NCBI GenBank assembly: GCA_012838135.1
Contig: DUPV01000060.1
Span: 22,498 to 86,497, forward strand
Length of the DNA: 64,000 nt
Reading direction: 5' to 3'
From: Clostridiaceae bacterium
Lineage (GTDB): Bacteria > Bacillota > Clostridia > Saccharofermentanales > DTU023
The translations under genes were made by a program, and so were the position numbers. The notes beneath the pieces were generated by a model. It was not told where the DNA came from. It did not search any database and was given only the letters and a program-made list of their open reading frames with translations. This document shows, piece after piece, positions 10,311 through 17,300 of this stretch; position 1 is the stretch's first letter; every line of letters starts with the position of its first letter.

Positions 10311-10344
10311 GTTTAGAGAACAAATGTTCTGAAAGGTGATTAAT

Positions 10345-10692
10345 ATGATTACAATATTTTTTTATATAACATTATTCGCAGTTGCAACCTTTACTTATCA
10401 TCGAATGAAACAAGAAGTCAGAGCAGAGAACTTTTTATTAGATGAGATTATTGAACTTGAGCAAAAGTTGCAAAATTATCGCTCTCAAGAATATTGGCTG
10501 AAACAAAATCAAACAAATAAATCAGAAAAATCAGATTCCAAGAATTACAAACAGAACGAATCCGGAAACATCAATTACCGACAATATACATGCCGGCAGA
10601 AAAATCGAAAAATTGAATCTCAAATGAAGCCTGAAATAATATCTGCACGAGGTTCAGCTTTTTATCTTGAAGAGATAGATAAAATTGCTTAA
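10345..10692 (+). CDS. Small membrane-anchored hypothetical protein
   Basis: ATG lies 5 nt after AAAGGTGA. N-terminal TM helix ITIFFYITLFAVATFTY, then a charged low-complexity tail. Confidence 0.45.
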   Translation: MITIFFYITLFAVATFTYHRMKQEVRAENFLLDEIIELEQKLQNYRSQEYWLKQNQTNKSEKSDSKNYKQNESGNINYRQYTCRQKNRKIESQMKPEIISARGSAFYLEEIDKIA

Positions 10693-10856
10693 TTTGTATT
10701 ACTTCGCTATAATTCTAAAGCGACTGTTTTTGTGAATTAAAAATGACCGAATGCCTATTTTGAAGAATGAAGTATCTGATTATTTGATTTTAATATTTCA
10801 TCATTAGGATTCAGTATTTAGTTATTAGGCTTTAATTTACAAAAAAGTTTATACGA

Positions 10857-10948
10857 GGAAGCGTAGCGAAGATGGCCGTAACGCGCCGCACTCGAAATGC
10901 GGTTGTCCAGAGATGGGCACGTGGGTTCGAATCCCACCGCTTCCGCCA
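10857..10948 (+). tRNA. tRNA-Ser (anticodon CGA), class II with long variable arm and encoded CCA
   Basis: Acceptor GGAAGCG/CGCTTCC, anticodon stem ccgca/tgcgg with loop cTCGAaa, 6 bp variable-arm stem, T arm gtgggTTCGAATcccac, discriminator G plus CCA. Confidence 0.9.
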
Positions 10949-10951
10949 GAC

Positions 10952-10994
10952 AGGACATCATATTTTGATAGAATATGGTGTCCTTTTTCTTTTG
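10952..10994 (+). terminator. Rho-independent terminator after the tRNA
   Basis: aggacatcatatt / aatatggtgtcct forms a 13 bp stem with one G-U pair, followed by tttttctttt. Confidence 0.75.
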
Positions 10995-11103
10995 CTTAAA
11001 AGCGTTGATTTCAATCAACTTGAGGGTTTGAGATATAAAACAATCTGTTTCGAGGTCTTTTTCGGGACGGTTTTTTCTTGTTTTTGTTTTTTTTATATCC
11101 CTG

Positions 11104-11176
11104 CTTGAAATAAAGCGAGTGATGCAGCCATCTTATTTCAAGTTTAGTTGATAGATTGAAATAAGATGGCTATAAT
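11104..11176 (+). promoter_or_regulatory. Promoter embedded in a 16 bp perfect inverted repeat, upstream of fic
   Basis: -35 TTGATA (11148-53), 17 nt spacer, -10 TATAAT (11171-76). IR arms are AGCCATCTTATTTCAA (11126-41) and TTGAAATAAGATGGCT (11156-71). A third half-site cttgaaataa lies at 11104-13. Confidence 0.6.
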
Positions 11177-11211
11177 ATGATTGCTATTTCAATTAGAATG
11201 GAGACGCTGAT

Positions 11212-12354
11212 ATGAACAATCGAGCAGGATCATACAGAACGAACCTTTCCGGAGAGGCGGAGTACAAATCCTTTATACCGAATCCCCTGCCGCCAAAGCC
11301 TGAGGTGGAAATGAACAATGACATTGTCTCTTTGCTAGTAAAGGCGAATAGGATGATTTCAACCCTTGAGAGTATATCCTCAAGGATTCCCGATATGGAT
11401 CTGTTTATCTCCATGTATGTCAGAAAAGAAGCTCTGATGTCATCTCAGATTGAAGGAACGCAAGCAACGCTTGAAGACATCTTCGATCCGATGATTGAGA
11501 AGAATACCAATAGAAATGTGGCGGATGTCGTCAATTATATTAAAGCGACAGAATATGCGGTAAAAAGATTGAATACGCTTCCACTCTGCAACAGACTGAT
11601 TAAAGAAACACACGCGGTATTAATGGAAGATGTACGTGGACAGGAAAAGAGTCCCGGAGAGTTCAGGCGCTCTCAGAACTGGATCGGCGGTCAGGGCAGC
11701 ACATTGAAAAATGCCAGATATATTCCCCCGAATCCGGAGGATATGAATTCGGCTATGTCTGACCTCGAAAAATATATGAACGCCGAGGACGATTTGGACT
11801 TTCTTATCCGGGCAGCGCTGATTCATTATCAATTTGAAACTATTCACCCGTTCCTTGACGGAAATGGCAGAGTCGGACGTTTGCTGATTACCTTGTTTCT
11901 GATGGATAAGAAAGTTCTGACAACCCCGGCACTTTATATTTCTTATTTCCTAAAAAAGAACCGTGTAGAATATTATGACCGGATGACCGAGGTAAGACTC
12001 AAGGGAAATTATGAACAGTGGATCAGGTTCTTCCTCATGGCAATTGACGAGTCTGCACAAGATGCTATCGCAGCAATTGATGAAATAACAGCCTTGCAAG
12101 CCGAAAACCGCAAAAAAGTAAGCGCAATGGGCAGAGCATCGAAAAACGCACTGTTAGTATTTGAATATTTAGCGTCCCATCCGATTATTGACATTGGAAA
12201 GACGGCTGAAGCATTAGATGTTTCCTATAACACGGTTTCTGCTGCGGTAAAACGGTTTATGGATGCGGATATTCTCGTTCAAATGGAAAATATAAACAGG
12301 AACCGTACCTTTGCCTACAGAGATTATCTGGACATCCTACGTAAAGGAACTTGA
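11212..12354 (+). CDS. Fic/DOC family protein, AMPylase-type with intramolecular inhibitory motif
   Basis: Fic motif HPFLDGNGRVGR, upstream SSQIEG matching (S/T)xxxE(G/N), and a C-terminal wHTH-like region. Confidence 0.85.
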   Translation: MNNRAGSYRTNLSGEAEYKSFIPNPLPPKPEVEMNNDIVSLLVKANRMISTLESISSRIPDMDLFISMYVRKEALMSSQIEGTQATLEDIFDPMIEKNTNRNVADVVNYIKATEYAVKRLNTLPLCNRLIKETHAVLMEDVRGQEKSPGEFRRSQNWIGGQGSTLKNARYIPPNPEDMNSAMSDLEKYMNAEDDLDFLIRAALIHYQFETIHPFLDGNGRVGRLLITLFLMDKKVLTTPALYISYFLKKNRVEYYDRMTEVRLKGNYEQWIRFFLMAIDESAQDAIAAIDEITALQAENRKKVSAMGRASKNALLVFEYLASHPIIDIGKTAEALDVSYNTVSAAVKRFMDADILVQMENINRNRTFAYRDYLDILRKGT

Positions 12355-12545
12355 AATTAACAGAACAAAAAACGGAAGGCACAGGGGATTCCATCAGCGC
12401 CTTTATGTTTGAGCTGCACGAAACCGATGAGCCGGTCACGGAGTTCGACAATAAGCTTTGGATCTCGGTCATGGATAACGTGCTGATAAGGTCTGACGGA
12501 ACACTGGTCTTCAGGTTTAGAAATGGGATGAAGATTGAAGGATAA
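12351..12545 (+). pseudogene. C-terminal remnant of a large serine recombinase
   Basis: ..TEFDNKLWISVMDNVLIRSDGTLVFRFRNGMKIEG resembles the conserved extreme C-terminus of TndX-like large serine recombinases. No catalytic domain lies upstream, and the frame overlaps the fic stop. Confidence 0.55.
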
Positions 12546-12561
12546 TCTTTAATAACAAATG

Positions 12562-12590
12562 GGTGTCGGAATCAAATCCGGTACCTTTTT
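12562..12590 (+). terminator. Rho-independent terminator
   Basis: ggtgtcgga / tccggtacc forms a 9 bp stem with two wobble pairs, followed by ttttt. Confidence 0.5.
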
Positions 12591-12688
12591 GATATATGAA
12601 TCAAAAAGCCTGTTTTAATACTCTTTATATTTTAGGAGTAGCTTGAAAGGTAGTCTTGTATATATACTCTGAAATTTCCCGAAAGTTA

Positions 12689-12733
12689 TTGACATATGCC
12701 ATAAACGACGTATAATGAAAACAAATGGCATAT
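12689..12733 (+). promoter_or_regulatory. Promoter with a flanking 9 bp inverted repeat (candidate operator)
   Basis: TTGACA (12689-94), 16 nt spacer, TATAAT (12711-16). ATATGCCAT (12694-702) and ATGGCATAT (12725-33) bracket the -10 box. Confidence 0.6.
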
Positions 12734-12760
12734 CTCATAAACCATAAGGAGATGAATAGC

Positions 12761-12883
12761 GTGCCTGGAAGAGATGGAACTGACCCGGTAGGTGTCGGAG
12801 CGATTACCGGAAGAGGTTTAAGGAATAACCAGAGGGCACTCTGGTTATTCCTGTTTAGAGTGGAGGTGGTGTGTTATAGCTAG
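12761..12883 (+). pseudogene. Truncated DUF5320-like mini-ORF (40 codons)
   Basis: GTG lies 8 nt after AAGGAG. VPGRDGTDPVGVGAITGRG matches the N-terminal MPxxDGTGPxGxGPxTGRG signature of DUF5320 proteins. The rest is unrelated and contains a hairpin. Confidence 0.45.
12821..12852 (+). promoter_or_regulatory. Strong 14 bp hairpin in the leader between the promoter and the DUF134 gene
   Basis: aggaataaccagag / ctctggttattcct with loop ggca, followed only by a weak T tail (gttta). Confidence 0.45.
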
Positions 12884-12887
12884 ACCA

Positions 12888-13256
12888 ATGAAATGGAGAA
12901 GGGTTTGCCGTTTGCCTGAAAATAACAGGTTCGGTCCTCTTGATTTGCCCATTGATGCAGAAAACCATGTAACCATGACTGTAGATGAGTATGAAACCAT
13001 AAGACTTATTGATCAGGAAGGTTTTACTCAAGAAGAGTGTGCCAAGCAAATGAATATCGCTCGCAGCACCGTTCAAGGTATTTATATAGAAGCCAGAAAA
13101 AAATTGGCGAACTCCCTGGTAAACGGAAAAGTGTTGCTGATTGAAGGTGGTGAATATCGGCTTTGTGAAGGCTTGGGGAATGGTTGTGGGCGCGGCTGTC
13201 ATAGGCATAGGCGTGGTCGACGATTCATAAATGATGATGCGGACCGAGATAGTTGA
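12888..13256 (+). CDS. DUF134 (UPF0251) putative DNA-binding protein
   Basis: KWRRVCRLPENNRFGP..MTVDEYETIRLIDQEGFTQEECAKQMNIARSTVQ (sigma-70 region-4-like HTH). The conserved N-terminus continues upstream to an ATA codon at 12876, which is correctly spaced from GGAGGTG. Confidence 0.75.
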   Translation: MKWRRVCRLPENNRFGPLDLPIDAENHVTMTVDEYETIRLIDQEGFTQEECAKQMNIARSTVQGIYIEARKKLANSLVNGKVLLIEGGEYRLCEGLGNGCGRGCHRHRRGRRFINDDADRDS

Positions 13257-13260
13257 TTAT

Positions 13261-13458
13261 ATATATTCAGAAAAAGTGATTGAGCTTTTTATGTGTCCAT
13301 AAAATGCCTATAGCATGCCTGATGCGGATATCGAGAGAAACTGCGGGATTTGTCCTTCTTTGGATGGACTTCCTGAAAATAAAGTACATTGTTCAAACTT
13401 AGGTGTGAGTGCCCTACGAAACGCAATTGAAAATTATTTTAAAAAATGGCTCTGTTAA
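13261..13458 (+). pseudogene. Degraded NifU/IscU-like Fe-S scaffold gene
   Basis: IYSEKVIELFMCP*NA.. then ..KVHCSNLGVSALRNAIENYFKKW match the N- and C-terminal ends of IscU-type scaffolds. There is no ATG, an in-frame TAA at 13300-02, and the central ~70 codons are missing. Confidence 0.6.
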
Positions 13459-13512
13459 CTAAAGATGAATTTTTAAGTTAACAGAACATAAAAAATAGAA
13501 TGGAGAATTATT

Positions 13513-13881
13513 ATGAAAATAGCAATTCCGGCAGATGGGAAAAACATGGAATCGAATGTATGTGTATCCTTTGGTCGTGCTCCCTATTTTCTTATTTATG
13601 ATGTAGAAACCAAGAAAAGTATATTTATTAACAACAGTGCGGCGGCAAGCACAGGAGGTGCAGGGATTAAAGCTGCACAAATAATAGTGGATAGCAAAGC
13701 AAATGTTTTAATCACTCCCCGCTTAGGAGAGAATGCTGCTGATGTAATTAAATCTGCTGATATTAAAATCTATAAAACGATAGCTGGTTCAGTCAAAGAT
13801 AATATTGATGCTTTTACTGCAAATAAACTTTCTTTACTGAATGAAATCCATGCCGGGTTTCATGGACGAGAAGAAAATTAA
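13513..13881 (+). CDS. NifB/NifX-family (dinitrogenase FeMo-cofactor-binding fold) protein
   Basis: MKIAIPADG..VSFGRAPYFLIYD..GGAGIKAAQ is typical of the NifX/NifB-C family. Confidence 0.75.
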   Translation: MKIAIPADGKNMESNVCVSFGRAPYFLIYDVETKKSIFINNSAAASTGGAGIKAAQIIVDSKANVLITPRLGENAADVIKSADIKIYKTIAGSVKDNIDAFTANKLSLLNEIHAGFHGREEN

Positions 13882-13882
13882 T

Positions 13883-14746
13883 ATGAAAATAGCTGTACTA
13901 AGCGGCAAGGGAGGCACAGGAAAAACGCTGGTATCAGTGAATTTAGCTGCGGCAGCAAAAGCATCCACATATATAGACTGTGATGTCGAAGAACCGAACG
14001 GGCATTTGTTTTTTAAACCCGAAGGAGTTCAAGAGGAAAATGTAACTGTAAAAATTCCAAAAGCGGATGATAAATTATGCAATGCCTGTCGTAAATGCGT
14101 TGATTTTTGCAACTTTAACGCCCTTGCCCATGTTAAAGACAAGTTGATTGTCTTTGAGGAAGTTTGTCATTCTTGTGGTGGTTGTATTCTGGTCTGTCCT
14201 GAAAAAGCACTAACAGAGAGAGAAAAGGTTATCGGTAAAGTTCAAAAGGGGACCTCTGACCAAGTATCGATATACACAGGAATATTAAAGATCGGTGAAG
14301 CATCGGGGGTTCCGATCATTAAAAAGCTGCTTGATGAGAAAAATCCTAAAACAAATAAATTAACCATTATTGACTGTCCCCCTGGAAGCGCCTGTATTGT
14401 AATGGAAAGCATAAAAGATGTGGATTATTGTATTTTAGTAGCTGAGCCTACATTGTTCGGTGTACATAACCTCAACATGGTATATGAGCTGGTAACATTG
14501 TTAAATAAGCCGTTCGGAGTTGTCCTTAATAAATGTTTGTTGGAAGAAAAAAATCCGGCAGAAAAGTTTTGTATAGAAAAAAACATTAAGATTATAGAGC
14601 GAATTCCATTTGACAATGAGCTCGGAACGTTGAACTCAAACGGGGAAATTGCTGTTCATAAAAATGAAAAGTACCGAGAACTGTTTTCTTCTCTGCTTAA
14701 CACGGTGACAAAGGAAGTGTGGCATGAAACAACTATTAATCCTTAG
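13883..14746 (+). CDS. MinD/ParA-type P-loop ATPase with inserted 2x[4Fe-4S] ferredoxin domain
   Basis: Deviant Walker A GKGGTGKT, plus CNACRKCVDFC and CHSCGGCILVCP. Confidence 0.8.
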   Translation: MKIAVLSGKGGTGKTLVSVNLAAAAKASTYIDCDVEEPNGHLFFKPEGVQEENVTVKIPKADDKLCNACRKCVDFCNFNALAHVKDKLIVFEEVCHSCGGCILVCPEKALTEREKVIGKVQKGTSDQVSIYTGILKIGEASGVPIIKKLLDEKNPKTNKLTIIDCPPGSACIVMESIKDVDYCILVAEPTLFGVHNLNMVYELVTLLNKPFGVVLNKCLLEEKNPAEKFCIEKNIKIIERIPFDNELGTLNSNGEIAVHKNEKYRELFSSLLNTVTKEVWHETTINP

Positions 14747-15599
14747 CGGTAAAGGCGGTACCGGAAAAACGACAATAGCAAGCGCATTTATAAAACTTGC
14801 GGATGCCAAAGCATATGCAGATTGTGATGTGGACGCACCTAACCTGCACCTTATAGCCGGATGGGATGCTGAGCCGGAGAGAACAGACTATTATGGGCTG
14901 TCAAAAGCAGAAATACATCCGGAATTATGCACCCAATGCGGTCAGTGCCAACAAAATTGCCGCTTCGATGCTATTTCAATAGATGAGAACTACAAAGTCG
15001 ATCCTTTTTCGTGTGAAGGTTGTGGTGTTTGTGAGTATGTTTGTCCTGTAAATGCGATCACGCTGATCCCGTCAGTAGACGGTGAGCTGACTCTTTATTC
15101 GGACTCCGGAAGAGTTTTTTCCACAGCACAGCTTAAAATGGGTAGCGGTAACTCCGGATTGCTTGTTACAGAGGTGAAAAAGCGAATGAAGTCGGCAGCA
15201 GTTAATGCCGAACTGGCTATTATTGATGGCTCACCCGGAATAGGTTGTCCTATTATCGCATCACTCAGCGGTGTGGATATGGTTTTGATAGTCGCAGAAC
15301 CCTCTATATCAGGTATCAGCGATATGGAACGCATTATAAAAACAGCAACGAATTTCAGAATTAAGACAGCAGTATGTGTAAATAAATTCGATACGAATAT
15401 TGAAATTACAGAAAAAATAGAAAGCTTCTGTAATCAACAAGGTCTTGAGTTTATGGGTAGAATACCTTTTGACTCTAAGGCAGTAAAGGCTGTTAACAAC
15501 GGCCAAACCATTGCAGACATAGACTGCACATCGGGGACGGCGGTTAAAGAAGTTTATCACAACACAATGAAACTACTCCTTAAGAAAGTTGGTGCCTGA
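14724..15599 (+). CDS. Second MinD/ParA-type ATPase with a 2x[4Fe-4S] ferredoxin domain
   Basis: GKGGTGKT, plus CTQCGQCQQNC and CEGCGVCEYVCP. Overlaps the upstream paralogue by 23 nt. Confidence 0.8.
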   Translation: MKQLLILSGKGGTGKTTIASAFIKLADAKAYADCDVDAPNLHLIAGWDAEPERTDYYGLSKAEIHPELCTQCGQCQQNCRFDAISIDENYKVDPFSCEGCGVCEYVCPVNAITLIPSVDGELTLYSDSGRVFSTAQLKMGSGNSGLLVTEVKKRMKSAAVNAELAIIDGSPGIGCPIIASLSGVDMVLIVAEPSISGISDMERIIKTATNFRIKTAVCVNKFDTNIEITEKIESFCNQQGLEFMGRIPFDSKAVKAVNNGQTIADIDCTSGTAVKEVYHNTMKLLLKKVGA

Positions 15600-15602
15600 G
15601 TC

Positions 15603-16430
15603 ATGCTTATTAAAACTTTGGTTGAAAATACAACGATATCAAATGATTTTGGGAAAGAACATGGTCTTAGCCTGTATATAGAAACAGGGAAACATAAAAT
15701 ATTATTTGACGTGGGTGCAAGCGACTTGTTTCTGCAAAATGCAAAAAAACTTGATGTGAATATTGCTGATATTGACTTTCTTGTGATTTCGCATGGACAC
15801 TATGATCATGGCGGAGGGCTAAGAACATTTTTCAAAGAGAACACAAGAGCTGAAGTATTTGTACATCGACTCGCTTTTGGAAAACACTATGCTATTCGCT
15901 CGAATGATGAATTAGACTTTATAGGTCTTGCTGAAGAACTAAAACACAATAAACAAATCGTTTTCACCTCAGACCGCTTTTTTATCAACAGTAGAATTCA
16001 AGTTTTCTCGAATGTACTCCAAAGGGAGCCGCGCCTAAAATCAAACAATGGCTTGCTCAGAAAGCATGAGGTTCAGGGACAAATGCTAGATGATACATTT
16101 GCGCATGAACAACACCTTGTGATAGAGGAAGAAGGAACAATTCTATTGGTAACAGGCTGCGCTCATAATGGTATCATAAACATACTTGAGCATTTTTACA
16201 TGCTTAAGGGTCAAATGCCCGACTATGTGATAGGTGGATTCCACCTTTCCAGCCGTTCAGGCGGCGATGAAGACTCTGAAATGATAGATAGAATTGGTAA
16301 ATATCTAATGGGTACAAAAGCAAAGTTTTACACCTGCCACTGTACAGGTATCGAACCTTATAAAAGACTAAAAGCCAATATGGGTGACAACATTGACTAT
16401 CTGTCGACTGGAAACCAAATAAAAATTTAG
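15603..16430 (+). CDS. MBL-fold metallo-hydrolase
   Basis: Beta-lactamase-fold motif ISHGHYDHGGG, with later His/Cys ligands (GCAHNG, CHCTG). Confidence 0.7.
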   Translation: MLIKTLVENTTISNDFGKEHGLSLYIETGKHKILFDVGASDLFLQNAKKLDVNIADIDFLVISHGHYDHGGGLRTFFKENTRAEVFVHRLAFGKHYAIRSNDELDFIGLAEELKHNKQIVFTSDRFFINSRIQVFSNVLQREPRLKSNNGLLRKHEVQGQMLDDTFAHEQHLVIEEEGTILLVTGCAHNGIINILEHFYMLKGQMPDYVIGGFHLSSRSGGDEDSEMIDRIGKYLMGTKAKFYTCHCTGIEPYKRLKANMGDNIDYLSTGNQIKI

Positions 16431-16642
16431 TAACTAAGAAAACTACTAAATAAGTGGATGCGCATATGAAAGGGTTTAATACGTGTGCTTGAATTTAAAT
16501 TTTTGCAATTAGTGCGATGTTGGTAAACAGTTTTGGAATTTGTTCTATTCCCTGTTAAAACAAAGACCGGCATTGATATTATGTCCGTTAACTTGCTTAT
16601 AGAGCCGGTCGCGAAAATATTAAAAAAATGGAGGAAAACTAA

Positions 16643-17002
16643 ATGATTAAAATAGCAGTAGCAAGCGAAAATGATATGGTGACAGAGCATTTTGGACATT
16701 GTATAAACTTCAATATATTTGAAATCCAAAATGACCGAATTGTAAAGAGCGAGTCCATAGCAAATCCTGGACATAAGCCCGGATTTCTGCCAAACTTCCT
16801 GAATGATATGGGTGTGAATGTTGTTATATCAGGTGGTATGGGTGGTGGAGCCATCGATATTTTCAATGAGAAAGGGATCGAAGTAATTGTCGGTGCCAGT
16901 GGATATGCCAAAGCGGCTGCAGAAGCATATTTGGCAGGAACTTTAAAATCAACTGGTTCTATTTGCCATGAACATAAACACCACGATAAATGTGGAAATT
17001 AA
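16643..17002 (+). CDS. NifB/NifX-family protein, second copy
   Basis: MIKIAVASE..VTEHFGHC..GGMGGGAIDIF, with a C-terminal His/Cys-rich tail CHEHKHHDKCGN. Confidence 0.75.
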   Translation: MIKIAVASENDMVTEHFGHCINFNIFEIQNDRIVKSESIANPGHKPGFLPNFLNDMGVNVVISGGMGGGAIDIFNEKGIEVIVGASGYAKAAAEAYLAGTLKSTGSICHEHKHHDKCGN

Positions 17003-17300
17003 AATAATTCTTTTTTAGAGAGTTGTGTAAGTTCTGAGAAATAGAAATCACAGAGCGAAAAATAGAGAAAACAACTTCAAAACTCTATAGTTGGGTTGTG
17101 GGTTAGATGTTTTTAGCCTGCCGAGGCTGTACATTAGATGTTTTGATAGGTTATGGCTGTGGATAGATGGACCTGAAGTAAAAGTATAGATTAATTTGCA
17201 ATTTTATTGATTGCTTCATATGTTTATCTTGGTTTCGGGATATATAATATTGATGGGCAATCTTTATTCGGCCTCAATTTGTTTATATGGGGGTGTAATT

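Noticed and set aside
9841-10335. Search for a bacteriocin or small-peptide gene next to the ABC/TCS cassette
   Set aside because: Only tiny ORFs were found: MNKK* behind GGAGG on the minus strand, plus 13-41 aa frames without an SD. None has a leader or double-glycine feature.
10857-10948. Possibility that the long-arm tRNA is tRNA-Sec or tRNA-Leu
   Set aside because: The anticodon loop reads cTCGAaa, so the anticodon is CGA rather than UCA or a Leu anticodon. The acceptor stem is 7 bp and the discriminator is G, which fits tRNA-Ser.
12855-13208. 117 aa minus-strand ORF
   Set aside because: It is antisense to the DUF134 gene, which has a recognisable HTH and a conserved N-terminus.
16427-16911. 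Two overlapping minus-strand ORFs (115 and 90 aa)
   Set aside because: They are antisense to the second NifX-like gene and its upstream region. No motifs are present, and the plus-strand gene is well supported.
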